Shown here: positions 8,076-16,404 of the stretch, in pieces | Numbering within the stretch: position 1 is the first letter of the stretch | How the letters are laid out: each line of letters opens with the position of its first letter | IMG/VR virus record: IMGVR_UViG_3300036805_000152 | Span: 1-36,760 of that record | Direction: 5' to 3' (one strand) | Length of the DNA: 36,760 nt | From: a virus | Lineage: Duplodnaviria > Caudoviricetes | Notes under the pieces: generated by a model | What the model was told of the DNA's origin: nothing | The model's input: only the letters and a program-made list of their open reading frames with translations | Database searches by the model: none | Made by a program: the position numbers and the translations under genes

Positions 8076-11000
8076 TGCCAAACGATTGGGACATAACCGG
8101 CGTCTCGGACGCACCGGCTAGTACGGGCGCGTCCGGCTGGGACATCGTAGACGGCGGCCAACCGAAGGCGGCAACGCCAGCGGCACCGCAGCCACAGCCA
8201 GCGAAACCCTCGGGACCCGCTCCGGTTCCGGGCGGCATGGCCCTTTCGACCCCGGTTAACTACGATCCGGTTCCCGTTCTGCAGCAAGGCTGGGAAAACC
8301 TCAAGGGCTTCTTCCGTTCGCTCGGCGAAGTGAACGCGAGCAACCCGGAGGCGGGCGGATCCACATTTCGGATGGGGACGAACGGCAAGACCGAAGTTAC
8401 CCCTCCCCCGACCGATGTCGACCTCACCAGGCTCGCGGACGCGGCACAGAAGCCAGCCCTGCCGATCAGCGCAGGCCTGCCGGCGTCTTCCCCGGGTGTG
8501 GTCAAGGGCGCGTTCAAGGGCCTTGAGAGTCTCACCACCCCGGAAAACGCGGAAGTCCTCGCGGCTACCTGGCCCGTTGGCACCGTCGCAAAGCTCACGA
8601 ACGTAGGACTCGATGCGGCAGCGATCCGTGGCGTGAATGCTGCGCTCGGCGGATACTTCGCAGCTTCGATGGCGAAGGGCACGTTTGACGACGTGCGGGA
8701 CGCCTACAACGCTTACAAGGCAGGCGACCTCGACCGCACCGCGGAACTGCTCGGCATGGGTACCGTCCAGGGATTGCTCGCCGGTGTCGGCGCATGGCAT
8801 GGCGTCCGGAACGTACGCGAGATCGGGAAGACCCAGATTCCCGTTACCCCGGCCCCGGAAGGGCCAGCGGCCCCGGAACCCGTGGCACCAGGGCCTCCTC
8901 CGGGTAGTGGGCCCGTGATCGACATTCAGGCGGAACCGGAGTCTCCTGCAGAAGCCCCCGCAGTTGCACCGGAGCCACCGGCACCGGCCCCGAAACCGAA
9001 ACGACAGCGGCCCGCGAAGGCAGTCAACACCCCTAGCGACTACGCGCAACCAGGCGCGCTGTCTACGCCCGCAGCAGCGGCACCACCAGCAGCGGCACCC
9101 GTGGCGGCACCACCAGCAGCGGCACCACCAGCAGCGGCACCACCAGCAGCGGCACCCGTGGCGGCACCACCAGCAGCGGCACCCGTGGCGGCGGCACCCG
9201 TGGCGGCGGCACCCGTGGCAGCGGAATGGGAACCCGTCAAAACGGAGGAACCTGAACCAGCTCCAGCGACACCAGCGGCGGCACCCGTGGCAGCGGAATG
9301 GGAACCCGTCAAAACGGAGGAACCTGAACCAGCTCCAGCGACACCAGCGGCGGCACCCGTGGCGGCGGAATGGGAACCCGTCAAAACGGAAAAATCAGTT
9401 CCACCCGCAGGCCTGCCGCACCCGAAGATGGCCGAACTGGTTGACGCCATTCAGGACCGCATCGCCAACGGCCCGCAGATAAAGGACACTCCTGCACTCG
9501 CGAAGCTTGCTTCTGACGTGCTCGGCGATGGACTGAGCAGCGGCAAGTACGACGTAAAAGATCTGTACGACGCACTCGAAACCGCAGTCAACCGGCACGT
9601 GTCGAGTGATGGCGGAATCATGCGGGCCGCACCTGCTGAAGCGCTGAAGGGTCTCCAGATCCTTACGTCCACTCTGCCCACGCAGACGGCGCGAACCAAG
9701 GAACAGAAGCAGTTCCAGCAATTCTCGACTCCTCCTGCACTGAGTTACGTCGCTGCGAAAGCGGCCAACATTCAACCGGGCGACACCGTGCTTGAACCGA
9801 GCGCAGGCACCGGCAGCTTAGCGGCGTTTGCGCGATCGGCGGGCGCACACGTGGAAACCAACGAGCTATCGCCCTCGCGTACTGCCTTCCTCGAACTCCA
9901 GGGCTACAAGCCCACGAGCGTGAATGCCGAACGCATCCGGGACCACCGGCCCGATCTGAAGCCGGATGTAGTGCTCATGAACCCCCCGTTCAGCGCGGAC
10001 GCGGGACGCACCGGCAAGAACAAGAACGCGATCGGCTACCAGCACGTACTCAGTGCGCTTGACACACTGCCCGCTGGCGGCCGCCTCGTGGCAATTCTCG
10101 GGCGCGGCGCTTCGTTCGATCACGTCACCGCTAACCCCTTCTGGCGAGGGATTAAGGAACGCGGCGCAGTGGTGCGGGCGAATCTCGGCCTTGATGGGTC
10201 TAATTACGCCAAGTACGGCACCACCTTCGACAACCGGCTTATAGTGGTCGATAAGGTTCCTTCAGACGTTCCCCCGCCAATCACAGGGGACTACAAGGAC
10301 CTTGCGGACGCACTCGATGCCCTTCAGCCAGTCATCCACGACCGAAGATCAACTCAACGAAGCGATAGCCAGGAACGGGGCGAAGTTTCTGTGGGATCAG
10401 ATTCTGAGCGCAGTGGCGATAGCCCTCGACCAGAACTACAAGAAGATCCAGGTGGAGATGGAGAGCGCGGGAGTGGACGCGGGGGACCCGGACAACCTGA
10501 TGCACATGTTGAGCCGGTTGGACCCAGAACCATCGCTGAAGGCGATCCAAGACCAGAACTCGAATCTGGACCTGCTGACGCCATCACGCCATCCCCTACC
10601 GATCACGCTGGCGTTGATCGACCTGCTGAGCGACAGCAACCCCTCATTGAGTTAACCACCCGCGATCGTTCGAACGAGACCGTTGAGCGGGAGGGCGCGT
10701 ATCAACAGTACCGGCCCGAAAAGCTTTCCACCGGCGTAAGCCATAAGCAGGCCACCGGGACAGGTTTGGTCGAAACCGGCGCTCTCGCTTCCGTTGAACC
10801 TCCCGATATCGACTACCGGCCCCACATCCCGGCCTCGGTCATCGCCAGCGGCCACATCACGGATGCGCAGCTAGAAGCCATCACCTACGCGGGACAAGCC
10901 AACTCACACGTATTGCCCAACGGCAAGCGCGCGGGCTACATGATCGGCGACGGGACCGGCGTAGGAAAGGGAACCGAAGCCGCAGGTATCGCACTCGACA

Positions 11001-14000
11001 ACTGGAACCAGGGGCGGCGTAAGATCCTTTGGCTCTCGCTGAAGCCCGGACTCATCCGGCAGGCGCAGCGTGATCTCGATTGGGTAGAGGCACCCATCAA
11101 GGCCAAGATGCTCAACGATTGGGGATTCGACGAACCCGTTGACCACGAGGGCGTAGTATTTGCCACTTACTCGATGTTGCATCGCACATCCGCCAAGCAG
11201 GGCGAGGGTTCGCGTCTCGATCAGCTTCTCAAGTGGAGTCCCGACGTAATCCTGATGGACGAATCGCACGCGGCCAAGAATGCCGTAGTTGCGGGCGGCG
11301 GCGATGACGAGGAAGAAAGCGGCGGCAGGGTACGGCTAAAGGGCACGACCAGCAAAGCGGGTGAAGCCGTCCTCGACCTCGATAACAAGCTCCCGAATGC
11401 CCGTGTAACCTACTTCAGCGCCACCGCGTTCACCGACGTTGCAAACCTCGGGTATGCCTCACGGCTCGGGCTGTGGGGACCTGGGACCAGCTTTCCGGCT
11501 GGCTTCAAAGAGTTCATGGTCGAAGTCGACCGTGGCGGCTACGGCGCGATGGAACTCGTCTCGAAAGAGATGAAGGCGCTCGGACGTTACACGGCCCGTC
11601 AGATTTCGTTTGATGGCGTCGAGTACCGGGAAGTCACGGCACATCTGTCAGCCGCACAGCGGCAAATGTACGACGCGGGCGTGAAGGTGTGGCAAGAAAT
11701 CCTGAAGAACATCGACAAAGCCATCGAAGCACTTACAGGCGAAGACGACACCAAGAGCAAGGGCTTAGCCAAGGGGCGCGCCAAAAGCCAGTTCTGGAGC
11801 ACGAACCAACGGTTCTACCGGGCCATCATCACGGCGATGAAGATCCCTACCGTGATCGAGGAAATCGAGGGGGCACTTGAACGCGGTAACAGCATCTTCC
11901 TCGACTTAGTAAGTACGGGTGAAGCGGAAGCGCAGCGCCAGCTAGTCAAGGCGGCGGAAGAAAATCTGAGCTTCGAAGAACTGGATATGTCGGCTAAGTC
12001 GATGGTCATGAACTATCTGGACAACGCTTTCCCGACGCAGATCATGGAGGATTACAAGGACCCGGACACGGGTTCGATTCGATCTCGTCCAGTAATCGAC
12101 GAGCAGGGAAAGCCCGTGCATTCGCAGGAAGCGATTGCGATGCGCGAGGCGCTGAAGAAAGAACTGGACAAGATCCAGCTCCCGCAGTCACCGCTCGACC
12201 AGATCATCGACTACTTCGGCCCGGATGCCGTGGCGGAAATCTCGGGGCGCACGTCTCGCATTGTGCAAGACGAGAAATCCGGGCGGCCCGTCGAAGTCAA
12301 GCGCGTGAAGCCCAAGGGCGCAAGCGCGAAGGACGTGAACGACTGGGAACGCCACAACTTTCAGAGCGGAAAGAAGCGTATCGCGGTAGCTTCGGGCGCG
12401 GGCGGGACCGGCTTTGACTTCCATTCGGACAAGCGCAGCGCCAACCAGCAGCGCAGAACCCACATCGTCCTCGAACCGTCATGGTCGGCTGACCAGCAAA
12501 TGCAGAAGTTCGGGCGCACGCACCGCACGAACCAGGCGAACGCACCTGAGTATGTCCTGGTTGCTTCGGATCTCGGCGGGGAGAAGCGCTTCATTTCGGC
12601 GATTGCCTCGCGCATCGCCTCGCTCGGAGCACTGACCCGTGGCGAACGCAAGGCAGGCGGCGGCGCGGCGGAAATGCTGGCCCGCTACAACCTCGAAGGC
12701 AAGTACGGAGAAGCGGCAAAACAGGCGTGGTTCAAGGCATTGAACGGCGGCCAAGCCATCCTGCAAGACGATGTGACGGTCAATCTGCCGAAGCCACCGG
12801 CAGAACTCGAAGAGATGAACCGAGAGGACCTGGCGCGCATGTTAGGCGTACTACGCGAAGGGCAGAGCGGCAACACGATCAACGACTCACTCAGCCTGAA
12901 GCAGTTTTTGAATCACGTGCTGAACCTGCCGACTGATGTACAGCAGTTGACCTTCAACTACTTCATGGAGCTGTTCGACCGCATCATTGAGACGGTCAAA
13001 CAGGCGGGTGCTTACGACGAAGGCACGCAGGAACTCAAAGCGCTGCGCGCGGAGGTCACAGATAAGGATGTAATCCGGCGCGGGGAAAGCGGCGCCGCGA
13101 CGAACCACTTGTCTATCGACGCTCATTTTCCGCTCGAAAAGAACGACTGGGAAACCGCAGTGCATCACGCGAACCAGGCCCCGGACCCATCGGATTACAA
13201 CCAGCGGCAATATGCAGGGCTGTACCGCAATCTGAAAAGCAGCCAATTGTGGATGGCGCGCAAAGCGGCCAAGGACATTACCGACCAGGCGTCGGGCGCA
13301 GTCATACCGGCGATGGCGCTACTCGGCCCGAAGCAGGGTAGCCGTCAAGTCGTTCCCGTGGCGCAGTTGTCAGACCCCAAGAGGTTCGAGCGCGTCCAGA
13401 ACTACGACGCCAAGAAAACATGGGAACAAGCGCTGAGCGAACTCCCCGACTCCGAACAGCAAGAGCTGCACATTATCAACGGTTCCGTGCTGCCCGTGTG
13501 GAAGCAGCTCGGCGCATCGGGCGACGGCTGGCGCATGAACGTCGTCCAGATCCACACCGAAAACCAGGGCACTGTTTCCGGAGTTCTGATCCCGGCTGAA
13601 CAGATCCAAACGCTGAAGGATTCGCTCGGCGGCGGCGGCGCTTCCTCCCCGGCACTCATCCTCAATCGGATCTGGAGGCAAGGCGAACGTATCCAGCTCC
13701 GTGGCGCTTCCCTTTCCGCAACCCGCGTGATGGGAGAGCGGGCGATCGTCATTCAACCGGCGAAGCAGGCGGGCCGCACTGTGCTCGAAGGACTCGGTAT
13801 TCCGCACATGGAAACCGCATCGAGCGTGCGCTATTACCTGCCCTATGCGGATGATCCTAGCGACGAGCTGCAGACCTCAACCGTCGAGAAGCTAACCAAA
13901 ATCCTCCAGGCGTTCCCGCTTCAGGGCGACACGGCCCCACAATCCGGGGCGCAGACCATCACCAGCGGTCTCACGTTCGGTGATGCGTCCAAGCTGTTCA

Positions 14001-16396
14001 CCGGCCACAAGGTCGGCGAACCGGAACGGACCTATTCAGGGATAGGGGCACTCAAAAGCTACACCGTACGCAATCTGTCTCAGCTCGAAGAAGTTTCACC
14101 AGCGGCGCACCAGGCGGCGGTACGGGCGGCCAGTTCGCGGGCGCAGTCGGCAGCGCTAATGCGCTCGGCCTGGCCTGCCGTGTCGAAGGCGCTCGGGGCA
14201 GTGAAGCCGGATGACTTCCGGCGCGCGCTAATCGAATCCCGCTTGCAGGGCGTGGAACAGCGCTGGAACGAACTCGCCGAAGTGACGCACAACGTTCCAG
14301 CGGACGAACTCCTCGATTGGGTAAGCTCCGGACCGCTGCAAGTGCTCGACTCAATGAGCGAAGACGGGGACATGGCGCAGCAAGCGGCGGCGCTAGCGAG
14401 CAACCTCCAGGTACTTCCGAAACAGAAGTGGAATCGTAAAGCGATTCAGCGGTTGCGGGACCTGGTGGGCGGCGCGTTCGAGGACGCGGCGGGCAGCGTG
14501 CACCACATGATGACTCCGGACGAGTTCCAGGACATCACCCAGGACCCCGGATTCCAGCGCGGCCTCGCCGTCTACAAGCGCGAGATCGAAGAACCCCTGG
14601 CACGCAATCACGAGATGAACGAGGGCGTGTTTTCGAAGGCGCTCGGCCCACTCGACACCTACTACCCGTTGACTCCGATCCGGGCGGAAGACGAAGCGGC
14701 CCGAGTGATGGGCGTGCGGCGGGGCTTTAAGAAGCCCTCGAACATCGCGAACAAGTTCACAACCGGCCTAGCGGATGACTACGATCACACGTTACCGGCG
14801 TTCAAGGACAAGGCGGAAGCCGCGATCCGGGTGAACGACAAGGCGGCGCTGATCGAGGAATTGCACAACGCCGGCATCTTGCGGAAGCTGAAGCCGGATC
14901 AGCGCGCGGATACGGTTCACTTCGAAGGGCGCGAGTTCGCGGCCAAGGTGGTGAGTGTCGGACCAGCTCGCGTGATTGCCGGGGACGACGGCAAGGTGAT
15001 CCGTATCCCGGAGCAACGGGCCGCGATTCCGGAGCCGTTCTATCACGAGCTAAAGCCGATGCTCGAACCGGACGCTAAGCTTCCACCGGGCCTATTCCAG
15101 CGTTTGCTGCACGTGGTCAATGAGGCGACGCTGGCAGGACCAGCGGAAGCGGTGATCCACTCGCACAACCTGGTGGGCGCGCTGATTGCCAATACCCCAT
15201 TTCTCGGGGCGGACTGGGCAACGCAGACGATCGGCAACACGCCGGTAACAAAGACATTCACCGCACTGTTCAAGCTGGCGGCCACCGATCCAATGAGCGA
15301 TAACGCGGCGCGTGATCTGCGCGAGATGGCGAAACTCGGCCTGCTGCCCGAGCGCTTTGGCGCGGAAACCTACAGCCAGAAGTACGCCACGATGACGGGC
15401 GCGGAAAAGAAAACGCCTCTCCTCAATTGGGGACCTGTCCTTTATGGTCCGAAGGGCGTCGACGTTCGGGCGCGTTTGTTGATGTACCGGCTGGCGCGTG
15501 AAATCAATCCTGGTGCGACACCGCTGGAGACTTACAAATTCGTCAACCAGCTCGGGAACTATACGGAAGCCTTGCAGGGACACTTGGAACGCTCGCTGAA
15601 GCGCACCGGCTTATCGCGATTTGTGACGGCGGGCTCCACGATGTTGCGGAACGGCGTGGACGCGTGGCTTGGCACAGGCAGCGGATCGGGACCTGGCGGC
15701 GGGGCAAAGAACCGCATCAGGCAAATGCTTTCGGGCGGCGCGATCGGGCTGCTCGCCGCGTGGGTCTTCGCTTACAAGGCATCCACTGGCAAATGGCCCT
15801 GGCAGGACAAACGCTCGAAGCTCCTGAAGATTCCCGTCAGTGAGGAAATCCGGCGCTCGAAGCTCGGCCTCGCGATCTGGGGACACGATACCCGCAAAGT
15901 GGGGTACGTCAACTTCGGCGTGTTCAGTCCGCTGGTTGCGCGCGGCGCTCGCGGCCTCGGAATCGACGGAAGCTACAACACCGCCGTCGAGGGCGGCAAT
16001 CTGGCACAGATCGGCGAGGCAGCTAAGCGCGATGTCGCAAACTCGGCCATGCACCCGGTTGCAGGACCAGCGGCGCGCGTGCTCCTGGTTGGAGTCACGG
16101 GCAAACAGCCGTACTTAGTCGATGACAGCGACCAGGGCGGCAGCAAGTTCCTATCGGCACTGCCGAAGAAAGCACCCATCGGCAGCGAGGTACTGAGCGC
16201 GGCCAAGCAGCTCAATAGCTTCTATGGCAACGTAGGCGCGGCCACGGGTATGGGCGGACCTGGCGAGGACAAACACGCCACGGCAACCGACCAGATCGTT
16301 AAAGCCGTGATCGACATGACCGGCATCTCGGGCGGCGCAAGCGACCCCTACGCAGCACAGCAAGCGCTCGCGAAAGAGCGCAGGACACACAGGTAA
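8075..16396 (+). CDS. Giant ejection/polyvalent (DarB-like) protein: N6-adenine DNA methyltransferase plus Strawberry-notch SF2 helicase
   Basis: VLEPSAGTG and MNPPFS MTase motifs; IGDGTGVGKG, MDESH, SAT, QKFGRTHRTNQ helicase motifs; third ejection-protein slot. Confidence 0.88.
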   Translation: MPNDWDITGVSDAPASTGASGWDIVDGGQPKAATPAAPQPQPAKPSGPAPVPGGMALSTPVNYDPVPVLQQGWENLKGFFRSLGEVNASNPEAGGSTFRMGTNGKTEVTPPPTDVDLTRLADAAQKPALPISAGLPASSPGVVKGAFKGLESLTTPENAEVLAATWPVGTVAKLTNVGLDAAAIRGVNAALGGYFAASMAKGTFDDVRDAYNAYKAGDLDRTAELLGMGTVQGLLAGVGAWHGVRNVREIGKTQIPVTPAPEGPAAPEPVAPGPPPGSGPVIDIQAEPESPAEAPAVAPEPPAPAPKPKRQRPAKAVNTPSDYAQPGALSTPAAAAPPAAAPVAAPPAAAPPAAAPPAAAPVAAPPAAAPVAAAPVAAAPVAAEWEPVKTEEPEPAPATPAAAPVAAEWEPVKTEEPEPAPATPAAAPVAAEWEPVKTEKSVPPAGLPHPKMAELVDAIQDRIANGPQIKDTPALAKLASDVLGDGLSSGKYDVKDLYDALETAVNRHVSSDGGIMRAAPAEALKGLQILTSTLPTQTARTKEQKQFQQFSTPPALSYVAAKAANIQPGDTVLEPSAGTGSLAAFARSAGAHVETNELSPSRTAFLELQGYKPTSVNAERIRDHRPDLKPDVVLMNPPFSADAGRTGKNKNAIGYQHVLSALDTLPAGGRLVAILGRGASFDHVTANPFWRGIKERGAVVRANLGLDGSNYAKYGTTFDNRLIVVDKVPSDVPPPITGDYKDLADALDALQPVIHDRRSTQRSDSQERGEVSVGSDSERSGDSPRPELQEDPGGDGERGSGRGGPGQPDAHVEPVGPRTIAEGDPRPELESGPADAITPSPTDHAGVDRPAERQQPLIELTTRDRSNETVEREGAYQQYRPEKLSTGVSHKQATGTGLVETGALASVEPPDIDYRPHIPASVIASGHITDAQLEAITYAGQANSHVLPNGKRAGYMIGDGTGVGKGTEAAGIALDNWNQGRRKILWLSLKPGLIRQAQRDLDWVEAPIKAKMLNDWGFDEPVDHEGVVFATYSMLHRTSAKQGEGSRLDQLLKWSPDVILMDESHAAKNAVVAGGGDDEEESGGRVRLKGTTSKAGEAVLDLDNKLPNARVTYFSATAFTDVANLGYASRLGLWGPGTSFPAGFKEFMVEVDRGGYGAMELVSKEMKALGRYTARQISFDGVEYREVTAHLSAAQRQMYDAGVKVWQEILKNIDKAIEALTGEDDTKSKGLAKGRAKSQFWSTNQRFYRAIITAMKIPTVIEEIEGALERGNSIFLDLVSTGEAEAQRQLVKAAEENLSFEELDMSAKSMVMNYLDNAFPTQIMEDYKDPDTGSIRSRPVIDEQGKPVHSQEAIAMREALKKELDKIQLPQSPLDQIIDYFGPDAVAEISGRTSRIVQDEKSGRPVEVKRVKPKGASAKDVNDWERHNFQSGKKRIAVASGAGGTGFDFHSDKRSANQQRRTHIVLEPSWSADQQMQKFGRTHRTNQANAPEYVLVASDLGGEKRFISAIASRIASLGALTRGERKAGGGAAEMLARYNLEGKYGEAAKQAWFKALNGGQAILQDDVTVNLPKPPAELEEMNREDLARMLGVLREGQSGNTINDSLSLKQFLNHVLNLPTDVQQLTFNYFMELFDRIIETVKQAGAYDEGTQELKALRAEVTDKDVIRRGESGAATNHLSIDAHFPLEKNDWETAVHHANQAPDPSDYNQRQYAGLYRNLKSSQLWMARKAAKDITDQASGAVIPAMALLGPKQGSRQVVPVAQLSDPKRFERVQNYDAKKTWEQALSELPDSEQQELHIINGSVLPVWKQLGASGDGWRMNVVQIHTENQGTVSGVLIPAEQIQTLKDSLGGGGASSPALILNRIWRQGERIQLRGASLSATRVMGERAIVIQPAKQAGRTVLEGLGIPHMETASSVRYYLPYADDPSDELQTSTVEKLTKILQAFPLQGDTAPQSGAQTITSGLTFGDASKLFTGHKVGEPERTYSGIGALKSYTVRNLSQLEEVSPAAHQAAVRAASSRAQSAALMRSAWPAVSKALGAVKPDDFRRALIESRLQGVEQRWNELAEVTHNVPADELLDWVSSGPLQVLDSMSEDGDMAQQAAALASNLQVLPKQKWNRKAIQRLRDLVGGAFEDAAGSVHHMMTPDEFQDITQDPGFQRGLAVYKREIEEPLARNHEMNEGVFSKALGPLDTYYPLTPIRAEDEAARVMGVRRGFKKPSNIANKFTTGLADDYDHTLPAFKDKAEAAIRVNDKAALIEELHNAGILRKLKPDQRADTVHFEGREFAAKVVSVGPARVIAGDDGKVIRIPEQRAAIPEPFYHELKPMLEPDAKLPPGLFQRLLHVVNEATLAGPAEAVIHSHNLVGALIANTPFLGADWATQTIGNTPVTKTFTALFKLAATDPMSDNAARDLREMAKLGLLPERFGAETYSQKYATMTGAEKKTPLLNWGPVLYGPKGVDVRARLLMYRLAREINPGATPLETYKFVNQLGNYTEALQGHLERSLKRTGLSRFVTAGSTMLRNGVDAWLGTGSGSGPGGGAKNRIRQMLSGGAIGLLAAWVFAYKASTGKWPWQDKRSKLLKIPVSEEIRRSKLGLAIWGHDTRKVGYVNFGVFSPLVARGARGLGIDGSYNTAVEGGNLAQIGEAAKRDVANSAMHPVAGPAARVLLVGVTGKQPYLVDDSDQGGSKFLSALPKKAPIGSEVLSAAKQLNSFYGNVGAATGMGGPGEDKHATATDQIVKAVIDMTGISGGASDPYAAQQALAKERRTHR
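9070..9390 (+). repeat. Compound coding repeat: 15-bp (AAAPP/AAAPV) units and 72-bp (AAPVAAEWEPVKTEEPEPAPATPA) units
   Basis: GAATGGGAACCCGTCAAAACGGA at 9224, 9296, 9368. Confidence 0.92.
10317..10655 (+). CDS. Putative overprinted gene nested in another frame of the giant protein
   Basis: ATG 10317 (TTG 10302 alternative); G/C-ending codons and helical-protein composition in this frame while the host frame is low complexity. Confidence 0.6.
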   Translation: MPFSQSSTTEDQLNEAIARNGAKFLWDQILSAVAIALDQNYKKIQVEMESAGVDAGDPDNLMHMLSRLDPEPSLKAIQDQNSNLDLLTPSRHPLPITLALIDLLSDSNPSLS

Positions 16397-16404
16397 CGAA
16401 ACAA

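Noticed and set aside
8964-9482. His/Gln/Arg-repeat ORF in alternate frame
   Set aside because: Shifted reading of the Ala/Pro repeats, with no independent coding signal
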